NCBI GenBank assembly: GCA_028023455.1
Contig: JAQFVV010000002.1
Span: 2,356,001 to 2,420,000 of the forward strand
DNA: 64,000 bases
Reading direction: 5' to 3'
DNA from: Epiperipatus broadwayi
Taxonomy: Eukaryota > Animalia > Onychophora
Notes under the pieces: generated by a model
Told to the model about the DNA's origin: nothing
Database searches by the model: none
What the model saw: only the letters and a program-made list of their open reading frames with translations
In this document: positions 13,022 through 28,195 of the stretch, in pieces
Numbering within the stretch: the stretch's first letter is position 1
Layout of the letters: each line of letters begins with the position of its first letter
Position numbers and translations under genes: made by a program

Positions 13022-13606
13022 ATTAAATCGTTAATAAAAATTTCTTTTTCAAAATTTATTAAACAAACATATATGTACGGCAAGCGTATATATATATATG
13101 ATTAAATGCAAAATTCTGTTGAAACTAAATGTCATTTTATTAAAAGAAATAATAAAATATTTTTCTTTTAATTTTGTTCAAAATATATGTCGTATGATTT
13201 TATTTCAAGATAAGCCTGCCAGCATTCCTAAAGTAATAGCAATTTCAATTAGTATTTCATTCAAGGCAAATTAAAGATGGCCTTTTAATAAGTCAAATTC
13301 AAAGTTAAAAGCAAAATTTGATAATAAGAAATTAAAGTTTATTTTTAGATAAAAGTTATTTTGAAACAAAGGAGCATGGAGGGCTTATCAAGATCTAGAA
13401 TCATACACAAAACAATAGAAAAGTATCTCCAGAAAGGTATAAAAGTTGGGGAGAACAAAAGATGATTCATTCAGAATTTAGTATTGAGAAGTATTCAGAT
13501 TATTGAGAATTCAGTCAGATTTTGTTCTTGAATTGTTACTCAAGTTATTTTTAAAATGTACTTAGCTGCTGCTCATTGGCTCTTTTGAAGAGTTCTACTA
13601 CTTACC

Positions 13607-13960
13607 TCTGCTGCTTCTGTTATGGCGACCAAATCTAATGATCCTCCAAGGTTGCACTGAAAACCACTGTGTCCTAGTTTTGAGGAGAATTCCTGTTCTG
13701 ATTTAAATATGCAGCCCTTGAAAAGTTATATTAAATTGGTGGATGTGACCATGTACGGCAGCTAAGCTCATCAGCTTTGCCTGCTGTCGGGGTCCTAATC
13801 CATTAAAATGCTGTAACGTGTCAAGTAACTAATAAAACCGAACTGTGAGCTGTGTGTGCACCCTTTGTGTATAAAAATGCTTCCTATTCCAAATCTCTTT
13901 GTCCGGATAAATAACTCTACATACGTAATCAAGCCACAGTCATCGAGGGAACTGGACCAA
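13607..13960 (-). other. Possible exon(s) of an unidentified gene
   Basis: Locally GC/CpG-richer. Canonical minus-strand donors GAG|GTAAGT (~13607) and TAC|GTATGT (~13925); open frame ...SEQEFSSKLGHSGFQCNLGGSLDLVAITEAAE. No homology recognised. Confidence 0.2.
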
Positions 13961-15122
13961 CTAAACAAGGACTGGTAACTTTTAATGATCTCCTCATGAA
14001 CTTTTACTTTCCCTTTTAATATAAGTACCTTTCTTTAAATGTTTCATTAATTTATTATATTTTATAATGTATCTTTTTTATCTTAATATTAGATTTATAT
14101 TTATTTTAACTTGATCATCTATTTATGCTTAATTTTCCCCTTTTGCTATTCCTCATTTTAATGTATATATATTTTTGTTTCCTTATGTGGAGTAAATAAT
14201 TTCTTTATTGGAAAATATTTCCAGTTTAAAATGAATATTTGTAATGTAATACTAGCTAAGTTTCCTTTTGTTTGCCAATTCGATTTCCTCGATAAAGCTT
14301 ATTTTGTTCGTATTCATTCCACAGTTAAATATTAGTTATTTAAAGAAATCTTTAAATATTTTTAAAATTATTTGCAGAACACAAAGCAATGAATGCTTTG
14401 TGCAATAGTTATTTTGATTTTGCTTTATCGAGGGGATACGAGTTGATAAATTTATTTAAATTGGAAAAATAACACTTAGGCCACAGAATATTATGTAATT
14501 GCAACCGCCTCATTGTGAAAATTATTCATCAGTGATCAATTGGGGAATAGTGGATATATTTAAAACATTAATATTTTAAACTGCATTTATTAAAATATTT
14601 CATTTAAAACAAAAGCTTTAGTCTTCTAATGTTTCTTTCAACCTTTTATTTGCTTAACCTTTTATGTTAATTGTTCGATGATCCAAGCATGCACAAGCAC
14701 TTAACATATTATATTGGCACATTTAACGTATTATAGTTCTTTAAGTATTCTAGTCCAATGTCTCTCCCTTGTGCTAAGCTTAGGCCAAGGTTATAAAATA
14801 ATTTATGGGTGTCTCGGATATGTTTTTGGTTCGTGGTTAGACTCGAAAATAAACGAATAGGGCAGAGGCCATAGTATTCTTGATTTTTATATCTCGCATA
14901 TGAGTGGCCTCGAGGTACTTTCGCCTAGTCTTCGAACTGGGTTAAACCAATATATAAATTTGATCAGCACAAAATTAACATTTAATTTTTTTAATTTTCT
15001 AGTGATTAATTTAATAAAATATTTAGAATGTAGATCTAGCAAAATAAAAAATAAAAAAATTCTTATGATATAAATGTACCTTACTGTCTAATGAAAAAAA
15101 ATATATTATTTTTTTTATATGA

Positions 15123-15505
15123 ATAATAACAGAGATAAAAAAAATTATATTAAATGCTTTTATTGATCATGAAGTAAAAATAAGAAAAATAATTGTTTCT
15201 TCAACCACAATTGGATTTTTTAGATTTAACATGAATTAAAAGCATGTGGGATCCAGAAATTATTTAAGTCAATCCTCACAATTGGGATTTTTAGATTTAA
15301 CTTGAAATAAAAGCATAGAGGATCCAGAAACTAATTAATTCCCATCCATTGTTAGGGATTGATTTAATTAATTTCTGGATTCTTCATGCTTTTATTTTAA
15401 ATTAAATCTAAAAACCCCAATTGTGGTTGAAGAAACAATTATTTTGTTTCCTTTTAGTGCATGATCAAAAAAGCATTTAGTATAAAAAAAATTATCTCTA
15501 TTATT
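15123..15505. mobile_element. Palindromic MITE-like element with an internal ~70-bp tandem duplication
   Basis: 15123-15210 is the inverted complement of 15421-15505. CACAATTGG..TTTAGATTTAAC..GGATCCAGAAA occurs twice in the left arm and once inverted. Confidence 0.8.
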
Positions 15506-18254
15506 TTAAGTTTTTAATATTGACATGTAAATGAAAGTGTAAAATTATATATCATACTTTAAATTGACTGGTCACTTATAGTTGATATATATTGTATCTA
15601 TTGGAATTTGAGGTGTATTTCAGTATGTGGTAAGTTGTAAATCATAATTTTTTCTTTCTTTCTTTGATTTTTGGATGGTGAATATGTTAATTTATGAAAC
15701 ATTGAACTGTGTTCCTGTGATAACAATAATATTAATATAATATTGTTTATTATTAATTGTATTGTAAGATTGTTAATTGACTTTATTCGTTTTAAAAAGA
15801 AAATGAATATGTAAATAATAAAACATATAGTTTGGATAAAATTATTATTTTGTTATATGCTTCATTTTCATTACTGCATTTGCAATACTAAATTACAAAC
15901 AATACAAATAAATGTTTAATATTTCAAAGAAATGTGTCATTTTTGTGTAATATTTTACTGGAATGAAATATATATAAATATATTTTTCCAGTGTAATATA
16001 ATGAGAATGTATCATAAGTTATTTAATTTATGTTAGAATGAAAAATAATATTTGTTTATTAAAAACATAAATATTTATTATACGTAATAATTATGAAATG
16101 GTTTTTGTTTGTCATTATTATGTAATAAGATTTTTTATTTATGGAACACTGCCAGAAATTACTTAATAACCAGTTAGCTGATAATTCCAAAATCTAACCA
16201 TAATTTCAATGTTTGCACCATCTCTCGGCCATTCTTGATCGCATATTCTTCGTTTTATGCATATTTAATCATAAATTCATAGCATAATCTAAATTTAAAA
16301 ATTTAGTTCCAAAAGAATCTGCATTTCACATTATTTTTTAAAAAAAAATGATTTTTCTTTGATGTATATTGTTATATAGTCCCACCTTGAAAGCTTCTAA
16401 TTGTCAAAGTCATAAATCAAAACAAAATGTTTTACGCTTTCATAATTGATTTTGAACATAAATAAATATATCTCACATAATTTTTTACATTCATATTTAA
16501 GATTTTATATTAATTTATTAGAATATAAAGTTTGATTTGAAAAATTTTAAATTTTAGAAGCAAAATAAACATGGTAACATGAACAATGCTTGACTGCTAT
16601 TTTAGAAAATGAATGACACTTGACTACTATTTGCATATCAATGAAATTTAGTGAAAACTAATACAACAGCAACTTCTTTATAAATATTTATGTATTTTAT
16701 TATTTTTACACCATATTGTCTAATAATGTAACTAGATTAATATTATGATTTAAAATATTAAATTTTAGATGAAGAAAAGTCAACAGAAATGAATATTCAG
16801 CTATTGTAATTTCTAAGATACAGGAAATCAGTGGCAATTTCACATTATAATTGGTTAAAATATAATTCATTTGTTTTTTTTTACAGGATAATTTTCTTAC
16901 ATTTTCTTATAATTTTTGTCAGTTATTAACGTTATTTTAAATTTTTCATTAAATTTAACGAATTTGAAAGTAAAATAATTCAATTTTTAGAAGTTTAGAT
17001 TATGATAATTCTGGTTATTATTATAAAAATCTATCTCTGTATAAAAGTGATCTACAATGTTCTTGATGAATGAAATCACTCAAATTTTTACTCAAACAGG
17101 CCAATAAGAAAATTAGACAGCAAAAAGGTTTTAAAGGGTGAATATAGAGAATTGCTGTGATTAAACTGATGTTAATGAAAAAAATCTATATAGAACTGAA
17201 TAGTTTGAACTCATTCTCTTGTTTTGGCTTTAAATGAAAGCACGTATAAATTTCTTTATATGATTTTCATTTTACTTAAAGTATATAGTTGACTGAACCA
17301 AATGTAGTGGTAATAAACATTATCTGCCCATAGTCTAGGCAGCATATTGTGAACAATTTTATGGGAAAATGACAATTTATTATAAAATAAAAAAAAATCA
17401 TCAAAATTACTTCATTGTGTTATACACCATCAGAATATTTTATCTTTTGAAGTGGATTGTTGCATATATTTTAAATTCTGAATACAAACATCAGAAAATG
17501 TACAAGAGTCATATCAACCTGTCTGTGTAATTTTATTAGATTGATTGATCATTTTTTTCTAAGATATGAATCAGTTTAATTTCTATCACATCACCTTATA
17601 TAAAGCTAACATCTATTCATTCATAGCATTTTGAAATAATAATCTCTTCATATCATCATGAATATAAACTAGTGTTTATGTGTGTAACCTCATACAAACC
17701 AAACAATTATTAATCGAAAGAATAATTTGATATACACATAAAAAACTGTAATTGATAAAATGTACTTTGGATTTAAAAGCTTTTATGAATGTATTACATC
17801 TTCTTTGAAACAAGGACATACTGTTGGTTTGTAGTTTGAAATAGACTTCAGTACTATGATGTGATTCTGGAAGTACAGTATTCTAAGACTGTTATTCAGG
17901 TCATTTGATTATATTTGTCATTATTATTGATATATTTTTGTCTCTCTTTATTTGAAATGTATAGTCTTTATTGATAAATAATATATGATTTTAAATTAAA
18001 TAATAATCTATTCATATACCAAAATATAAAAGAGTTACATTTTCTTCAGTTTAAACTTATATCTTGTGACATAGTAATTATTATTTCAATATTTAAAAAT
18101 ATTCATTTTTTTTATTTATTGATTTTAAAATTAATTTCAGGTATATCACTTATATTAGAAGTTAAAAAGAGTTTTATCACAATAAATATTCACTTTATTT
18201 TATTCTCTTAATTTTATTAACAAACAACTGGATTCATCTTTGTATATATTGTAT

Positions 18255-18790
18255 CTATAAGGTGTCTGTGACCATTTTTACTCAAAGTATAAATTATAAA
18301 AAAATTCTTATTTATCTAAAATAACTCATTACTTTATTTAGTAGATAATGACAACCATCAACCATATAAGCATGGTCACACAAACATCCTCACATGATTA
18401 CTGTGAATAAATAAGAAATGTCAATTTTATATATAAATAGAAAATGTGTAAAATGATCAGTGTTTTTAAATAATATTCAAAACAATAACAAATTGCATGA
18501 TAAGAATCTTGTAAAGAAAATCATGAGGTCATGCATAGCTGTAGCAATGGATCTGATATTATTATTATAGAAAAATGATAGAAGAGAAAAATACAATAGT
18601 TAGTGATCAAATATTAAAACAAATTAAAAAATATATAACTTTTGATTTACACTTTTAATATATATACACTCAACATAGAAGAAAACAGATTTTAGCAATC
18701 TTCATTTTATTGATGGAAGAAACAATGTATAGTGTATTTACTAAATTCCATACAAAAAAAAACTTTATTTGATGGAAAAGAAAGTAATGG
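18255..18790 (+). repeat. Interspersed repeat; uninterrupted homolog of 28110-28195 plus 29114-29530
   Basis: Shared ATAAGGTGTCTGTGAC..CAAAGTATAAATTATAAAAA..AACTCATTACTTT..CATGATTACTGTGAATAAAT..GATAAGAATCTTGTAA. Confidence 0.85.
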
Positions 18791-18951
18791 CCTAACAAAA
18801 GATTATTTAAAATCTGTGTTCTAAACAAGATTTGTTATTTCACCTTAATATTCACAGAAAATATATTTGATTTCCAGTAAATACAAGCAAATATTCTATC
18901 TCAAATGTTGATATCTAACATTAATAAGAAACTTTGACAGATGTGCTAGTA

Positions 18952-19170
18952 TATATATAGAGAGAGAGGGAGCCCACAAAACAAACTCTTAACAAGCTTT
19001 GTAGAATACCCCCAATCTCAGACCAGTTTCTGCTACTAGTATCCTTAGTGATGTGCTAGGATATTTAATCATTAGATTAAAAATACCAGGACAAGCCCAG
19101 AAACTGGTTTGAGGTTGGGGGTATTCTACAAAGCATGTTAAGAGTCTGTTTTGCAAGCTCTATATATAAC
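18952..19170. mobile_element. Palindromic MITE-like element (half copy at ~53510-53590)
   Basis: CAAAACAAACTCTTAACAAGCTTTGTAGAATACCCCC..AGACCAGTTTCTG is inverted as CAGAAACTGGTTTGAGGTTGGGGGTATTCTACAAAGCATGTTAAGAGTCTGTTTTG, flanked by TA runs. Confidence 0.8.
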
Positions 19171-21929
19171 ATTTATAAACACAAGCTTATCTGACTTGAT
19201 TTTTTGTAATATATATATATATATAACCATGGAATTATTCTTAGAAAAAAGTTTTTAATCTTATTAAATGCTGTTATAATATCAATATGTCATTTCAGAA
19301 AATTTCATACTTAGATCTTACAGATAGCTCATCAACTTATATCATTACATTAGTGCAATGGAGTATCACATGATGTAGGAATATAACATTGTATTGATAT
19401 AAAGAAATCAAAATAAACAAGATCAAATGGATATGCATATATACTCAAATTATAATTCAACCACATTCAACCTATCATATAATAATAGCATATTACAAAT
19501 AATAAACAGACTTTTTCTTCTAGACATATAACAGGATCTACCATATTTAGCAACAAGGAATCTCATAACAATGTTTTATACCATTATGTACTATTGATGC
19601 AGAATATTTGATTCAGTGTGAGAGTACATAATAAATGATTACTTATTAAACAATTTATAAAGAACAAGGATTTAAAATTATATTTAGAAAATCATTCTTG
19701 CCTTATGTTTGTTAGTTCTCTTAGTTTAAGAACAAGTATATTCGAACAGATACAATTAAGAAAAAATATCCATTATTATTCTAAATTTTAAAGCCATCAA
19801 TTTATGCTAGCGTTAACAACTTATTGAGGTTTTCTTAGACTCATTAAACTAATTAAAACGTAAGTTAAATGTCCATTGGTATTCTATCAAAGTGTCACCA
19901 CACACATTTATGTATGTACTTTCTCTTAATTGTAAATAGATGTTTATCGTTTCACATTGCTATAAGTTTCCAACACTCAATATTATTTTAATACCATGAA
20001 GTTCTTTTGTTACTATTAAATATACATCTTCATAGTTCATCTATCAACAGAAAATATATCACAATCATATTGCTGTTATATATGATTGAGTCAGAGAATA
20101 AGTATCCTATCAAACAAATTTCTTGTAAATAATCTTTAAAAAATATAAGTTACTTTATACATATTCTAACCTTGCTCTCGTGCATCCTCACTTCCAGATA
20201 ATATATGATATGAAATAAAACGGGTTCTATCTCAGTTAATAATTAATATCTAAAATATTCAGCATTAAAATTAAAATATTTCACTAGCTCAAATTTAAAA
20301 TACGAATAAGGTTCAATTTATAAAATAAATTAAATAGATATTTAATATTTTCATGAGACTTGAAGTGAAAATACAGGTGACAAGATAGATTACATTGAGC
20401 CAATATCCCACAGGATACTACCTCAATGGCATAAGAACACTATCCCCCCTTTATTACTAGTTCAAATAACAAACTCATAGTATTCTTACAATTTTAATAA
20501 CTTCTACTCACTAAGATTAAACCAATAATTAAATCTTAATCTTTTATTTAATAATAATCTAGCTCAAATAAAATAATCTCAGGTTCATAAAGTTTATTCT
20601 AAGTTAATAAAAATATGGTAGTAAAATATGAGAAGGGATTTTATGTCATAATCTACTACACTGAAACTAATAATAATAAATAACAGTAATAATATTCTTC
20701 ATTGTTTAACTAATTCTGTATATCTTTTCTTTTTACTATAATTTTATTACCATAATAAAATAATGAAATAATATAATATGATCCTATATCTTCGTGTAAT
20801 GATATAATAAATACGTGGTAGCATATGATAATCTGATAAACAAAGAATGTGTGGCAACTGATAGCATTTTAATTCAGTATACTATTGTGATAACTGATTT
20901 ATGACCAATAAAACAATGTAAAGTTATAATTATTTAATTAAATGAATACCAATAAAATATTTAAATTCTTAAATAATTCTCTATTTATCTTTTTGTGCAA
21001 AATTATATATTTGTTTCGATTATTATGCATATATCGTGATTTCATGCAGCGATGTGGAGAAATAAATAACTCGGACACAAAATTTTTTGAAATAACAAAA
21101 TTTAACAAAGTTTATTACTAACAACAAATAAATAAACAATTTATTTACACTATTTACAGTGGATATCTTTAACTTTTTTTACTTTACAGTTTGATCTACC
21201 AGGTTATAAAAAAAATAATTTATATTTCAATTATATCTTTATTTAGATTTAGGACAAAATTATAAAAAATGTTACTATTTGGTTTCTCATTATGGTTAAC
21301 TTATTACAAATATATTTATCTACTTTATTAGCAACAGCATTTTATCCTTAATATTATTAAACTATCTTATTTTTAAAAATTCATACTTAGAAAAACATTC
21401 TATAGAAAACAAAATTTTATAATGAGTATGGATTTCTCAAAATATTAAAAAAAAATTCATCTTGCAAAGTCAAAGATGTTACACAAAATATTATCCAAAA
21501 TTCAGTACTAGATTTTAGTATTTATCACACAATGTTTACTAATCATAATATATTCTTCTTTAAGCCTTACTTTAGTACGATATAAGTGTAATCATCAATA
21601 TATTTCTGTTAATCAATAAACAAAAAATATACTATGCATATTGTTTACATAATTTACTTTGTACTATTGTATTTTAAAATATGCAATACTTATTTTCTCT
21701 TAAAAAAAAATAATACTATCACTTTAAAGAAAATATCTTTGTTTAGATACTTTATTTTAAAAAAAGTTTATATTTCATTTCCAAAATAAAATTCAAAATA
21801 TATTCTATGATTCTTTTCTTTCCTTAGGATACTTTGGATCTTCAATTTTAAGTTATAACATCCTATTCCTAAGTTCTAAATTATTTATCATTTCTCTTAA
21901 ACATATCTTACTAAATGATACAGTTACAT

Positions 21930-22300
21930 GAAATAAAGATAGAGAAAACAGATGCATAGGATTAAGGAAAAAAGCTAGAGTATTACTCTTGACATATCTC
22001 AAAATCATGGCACAGTGCAAAAAGGTATGACATTTACCTGCCTAATATCCTCTAGTACAGGGACCATGTTAAAGCTATTACTTCAGCTCTATTAGAACAT
22101 CAAATATTTAAAGAAATATAAACACTGTCCAAATAAAATGTGTATCAGTCATAGGGCTTTGTTAACTATGCTGATATTCACATAAAGACTAAATATTTCC
22201 ATTCCTTATAACATCCTATTTCTTAAAACATCATCTTGGTTTCCTGTTCACTAAGTACTTCCAAGCCACTATCTCAACATTATTTCTCAAGATTTTCCAC
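21930..22300 (+). mobile_element. Degenerate non-LTR RT relic
   Basis: KKARVLLL/LDISQNHGTV resembles RT motif LDISKAFDSV; multiple stops and frameshifts. Confidence 0.3.
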
Positions 22301-25300
22301 ATCTTACATCGATAAATAACTATCTGCATTTACAAAACAATAAATAAAATTCATTAATAGTTAAACAATCTAGCTGTTCCATAAAAAAAGTTGCTTACTT
22401 CATTGCTCTGTATGTTTAATCATATACAATCTACTTAGACAATATTTGAATATCCCATAACATGAAAATTTTAAAAGAATCACATAATTATTTGTTATGT
22501 TGGATTATATCACTAATAATAAAAAAAAATTGTCGTATGCATATTTTCAAATCAATCCTATCTCATAATGTTTTTTAAAATGTTGTATGAAATGCGGTAC
22601 ATATAAGTAAAAAAAACTTTTACACTTCATTCTTTCAATTTATGGATGATCTAAAGAGAACAAAAAAATATATACATTATAAATTATCAATAGTTATTAT
22701 TATTACCAATAACCTTTATCTAGTCATCGTGTTCAGTAGGCTTCCTTTATCCACTTGAGAATTGCAGATATAAAAAAAATTCACACCCATACACTTTATA
22801 TTAAAATATTTTTAGCTAAATTATTAGATTGTTATATTATAAAATTTTAATATTAATAAATTAATGTTTTTATGTTTTTCCTAATCTTATATAAAAATTT
22901 AGATTTAAACTAGGTTAACAAAATAAAAGGAATCAAAACTATAATTACATATTTTCTTGACGATAGTTCCTGATAAGTCCGAAATGTTTATTATTTTCTC
23001 TAGAGTTTTTAAAAAATGTTCTCCTCCAAGCACGTTAAAGTTTAAAATAAAAATAATTATTAATCCATTTAGTAAAATTTATAAAAATAATCCTTGGTTT
23101 TAGTATTTAGGACGATAATTATTAAATCATAATATTAATTAATCCCGTGAAGTTTTTTTAAGTATTTTCTCTGCCGGCGTACCCATGCATATTCCATCTA
23201 ATTTAGCTTTAGTTATCTGATAAACTTTTAAGTACTATTTGTATTTTTATGGATCCATCTTTTATTCAACTATATGTTCACTTTTTTATATGAGTTTCCT
23301 TCTTAATACATTTAAACTTTCGTTTGGTATTTTTATATATTACTTTAAAAATAAAAAAAAATGTTACCTTCAGAAAGGATATAACATTTTACTCCTTTTG
23401 ATATAATATTATATAAAATAATTCATGCAATATATAATCATCTTATTACTATTTAAAAAATAAATCTTGGATAAGCTTATAAATAATACTGCGTCTCCAA
23501 TTTTTTTTCATTAAACTCCGTATGATGTCCGAGCTGTGGATTTTTATGTACCAAAACAGTTCTTTGGTGAAATATTAATAAAGCTGTATCAATAAATTTT
23601 CCAAACATTTTTTCACCATTACAACTTATATCCATTTTATTTCGTAGTATATCCGTCCTTTATTGCGAAGTTTAGGTTAAATTTTTAGATAAAATACGAC
23701 TGTTAAGTACTTTAAAAATTAGAAAATCATTTCCACAAAGTTTCTACATTATTATATTTTAACACCCACTTTTACAAAAATACTTTAAAAAATTATCAAT
23801 TAGTCTTTGCAAAATAAACGATAAGAAAGTACCAAAAAAATTGACTAAAATAAAAATTTTAAAAATACTATCTTTTTGATAGTTATAATTTACCTTTCTC
23901 CAGTTTCAATACATTATTAATCTCCTCTATACCCCCATGCAATTCATATTTATAGTCTATAAGAATACCTATTCCTATTGGTTAATTCTTACTTTAGCTT
24001 GAGAATAAATTTACATATTTTTAGTTTATAGTAGAATTGAATTTCAAAATTAGAAATTATGATGTAATGAACTTAAAATATTATTTAAAATATTACTTTT
24101 GAATCAATTATTATTTTATTAAAATTATTTAAACATTTAAAATAACTTTTAAAATAACCTTAATAACTTATTCCATTTATCTATTTTTATTTAAACAAAA
24201 TATTTAATTTTTATTATATCTGTATTCGTCTTTATTACATTACTTAAAACCTTACATACGATAGTTAACTTAATATTTATTATTATTTTATGCTAAGTGA
24301 CAATTCCATCCAATTCTATACTGCAATTTCAAAATATTTTAAACTTTATTATTAACTCAAACAAGCATGTGTGTGAACGTATGTAATATACAAGTCACAT
24401 GATTAATAACTTTGACAGACTATTTTTAATCTATTTCTCTGCCTAGATTTATAAAATTGCTACACTTATATTATATAATTATAAAATTTGGAAGAACAAT
24501 TTAGAAAATATAGAATTAAATACAATTCTCACCATCATAAAGTTTATTTTTAAAATGTACAATATTAATTTTTGCTTATTAAATATGACTATAAATTTAA
24601 ACATAGCATTTATTAAATTATCAGTTTTAAACTATTAAAATCGAATTTATTAAATATACTTTTAATATTTATAGCTGTGTTATTTAATATGGCCAGCTTT
24701 TACAACCATATGAAACAATATTTTAAGCTTTACATAACCATTTTTTAAACAATTCGCTATAATTTTATATACTACGTATTTGCTTTAGCCTCAAATTGTA
24801 CTTTAAAGATATAATTGACTTAATACAATTACCATATTAAAAGAACATATTCTAAATTTAAAATTTTTAGTAATTGACTGTTATGAACTATTACCGACCT
24901 ATAGAAAAGGGCACAATATATATATAAATTCATTGCCTTGCATTAATTTTATATTTTAGAGCAAGCACCCATTACTAAGGAACTCCTATCTAATTATGTA
25001 CTAGTATATGTGTGGAAAATATGATGTCTCTTATTTTACTTATGTCAATTCTAGGTTTAGTGAATCTATTAACTTAATTTAGATAGTCAACCTATCCTAT
25101 TGGCTGCACTTCATATCAGCATGAATTACCACCATCACATAAGTAAAACACACTATCTATCCATATAGAAAACATTATCAAAGAGATTAATAATATACAG
25201 CCAGCAGAACAGGTGAAACATAAAAATTTTATGTTTTCCAATCAATATACTATCTTGTAAAGCCATTAGTGACATAATTTGTTTGGAGATAAATGTGAAA

Positions 25301-25479
25301 AACAATATGTTATTTACTTACAGAAACATTTCATTATAGAAAGGAAAGATATGTCTTACACATACACTTTGTTGAGTACAAAATAGTGATTATTTATATT
25401 AGTATTTAGCATATTGTACATAACCTTTCTTAGGAAGATTATTTTGTCAGATATTATTATTATTATGGAAGCTGAAAAC

Positions 25480-27700
25480 TAAGAAGTAGGGTCTGGTGAT
25501 ATGAACCCAGATTTCATGGGTACGAGTTTGAGAAGATAAATAAAAAATTGAATGGACTAGAAAAGAAATTGGAAAAACAGAAAAGTAGACTTTATAGATT
25601 TGAAAGACGAAGTTAATGTAAAGTTCAATGCATTTGATGCACTGTACAACCTTGAAATTAAATTGTTAAGTTTGAAGAGTTGAGAGAATTAAGCACAAGA
25701 ATAGAAAATAAATAATTGAACATAAAAAAATTTGAATGGAGTTCTAAATTTAAGATATAGATTGTGGTTAAGACTGTAATGTGATCAAGTAGCAAATGTA
25801 ATAATTTTGTAAAAGCTCCAAAATCATTTCAAAAACAATGACAATATTGATGTTGATGCAAGTTCAGAGGATACAATATAATTCTTCGATAATATTCCAC
25901 TCTAAATGGACATTACACCTATTTTAATGTCCCAGTGAACATTAAATGCTGGTATAACCATTGCCACAAATGTAAAATGAAAACACTCATTACAAATATG
26001 TATAGGCCATGTAACAGTAGGCAGAAGGATCCTTACATTGAGCATCAATCCAAGTATTTTCTTAGAAAGTCTCTAAGCATTTGTGCTATAGTTGCAAAAC
26101 TGATTAGTGCAAGATGCAGCCAAGATACAAAAAAGTATCTGGAAATACAAAAGACATTAAAAATTAAATGAGACACATGAAGTAGGTTGTAACCTTCATT
26201 GCCTTAAGTATATTTATGGGGCAAAAGTTATAGAAGACATAAATAATCTTCAGGGCCGGGATTATTTAGCGCTGCTTATCGATGGTCATGCCTTAACATA
26301 GGAAATGTGATTATAAGCTGGGTATAAGGCAACATTCTAATTGCCATTCTTGCATAACAGCTTGCAAAAAGCATAAGCCTAAAATAAGTTTTAAGAAACC
26401 TGTGGAAATTTGCAAGACATATACATATGAAAACAGGTTGGAACAAGGCGCATTATCTAAGAGCTAAAAGATTATCTTATGGATTTCAATTTGAAAGAAG
26501 ATAAATGAGTGTATACATGAAATTTCATACTCGCTATATAACCCCAAAGAGTTATTCTATAAATACCATAATTGGATAAAATCAAAGGGGATACAATATT
26601 GAAGCATAAGACTACGTGGAACATGATTTCATATAAGCACAGCCCATACTATTATTTCTAAAAGTATTAAATTTAAAAGGATAATTAAATCATAGGATGT
26701 ACATTTTAATATACAATGCTTTGAAAGTAGCCATGGAAAAGAAATATTAAAAAGACTTAAATAATAAAGTAATCAAAAGTGAAATGTTTAAATGATAAAC
26801 ATGAGACAACTGATTCAAAAGATTTCATGGGCCATCAGGTAACCCATGATATTAAAAGGTAGAGAATCCTAAGCATTTATTTGCAATATTTAAATAAGAA
26901 TTTTTCAACACAAAATATCACATTGTTTTGAAAATTAGTATGATTGCAAGGCAGATTTTGATACAGTCACTAATCAACAAGTATGCTGGCTAGCTAATAA
27001 TAAATATAACCATAAAACAAGATTTAAGAAGTCTTTAAAATTTCATAAAGTATGTACATGTAGGAAGTATAACATACAAACAATTGGTTGTCAGAAAACA
27101 TAGCAACCATTTTACAAGTGCAAATACAAAAGGAAGAATGGGTATGAAATAAATGGCACATGGGTATTATAGCTCCTAAATTACCTTATTGCATTTTCTG
27201 TTTATGCATCATGATCATAAAGCACTATCTCAAAGATATCTAATGAACTAGATAAAACGCTTTTTCACTATAGAGAAACTTACATTTAGAAGCTGTAGAG
27301 GGATATATTAGAAGTATTTAACAGATAAACACTCTACTTCACAAAATTTCCTCCAATCCAAAGATAAGATGTGTATTAGTATATTTCATTGCATTAGATT
27401 TTTCCATTATGTTAGTCATTAATTATATTGAGTACATTTCAGTAATATACTTTGCAGTCATGTTATGCATCTCAGAAAGAGGTGAAATTATTAAGATTTT
27501 CATTGATATTGAATTATTTTGTTATTGTTGCTATTCCCATTATTATATTTATAGTGTCAAATTAGAATGCATCAATTATCCTGGAATGGATAATATAATA
27601 TCACCTTAATCAAAGAGGTGAGAGGACATAGTTTCCTTGTTTGTGAAATTAACCATGGTCCAAGTATATTTATGTGAGACTTATTCGACTGACACTTTAA
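25480..27700 (+). mobile_element. Degenerate CR1/L2-like LINE
   Basis: Coiled-coil-like 5' part; APE-like LITNMYRPCN (ORF 25935); GP(S)GNP resembling GPDGIP at ~26835; EVRGHSF at ~27615 resembling the CR1 terminal TRGH motif. Confidence 0.4.
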
Positions 27701-28195
27701 AATATGGTGAAATTACAAATAAATATTTTTGATGGCTGAATAGCTCTTATAAATATTGATAAGGCTATTTTAACTTCTCACAGTGAATGGACATTTGATG
27801 TGTTTGGGTATGTGTGCATTGCAAATCAGTACAATTATATGATTGAGCCCTTTCTTAAAGGATTCATTTGTTTATGAATGTGGGCTTGTGCCCCAAAATT
27901 TTAGATGAATCAGTATTGAAGCACCAATCAAAGGATACATTCCATATTGTGGAGCTATGAGTGCTGATAATATAATTATTAGTGAAAAGTAATGTTAATG
28001 ATAGGAGCATGTAGAATTTATTTACTAAATATGATGTGCCCTCAAGTTAAATTTGATGAATGCCTACTTTCAAAAAAAAGAAAAAAAAATTTTATTGAGG
28101 GGATTGTACCTATAAGGTGTCTGTGACACTTTCTAATCAAAGTATAAATTATAAAAATTGTTACTTAGTCACCTAAAATAACTCATTACTTTTTT

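Noticed and set aside
17790-17860. NHIIVL on the minus strand resembling acyltransferase HIIV
   Set aside because: Wrong strand, and the following residues do not match.
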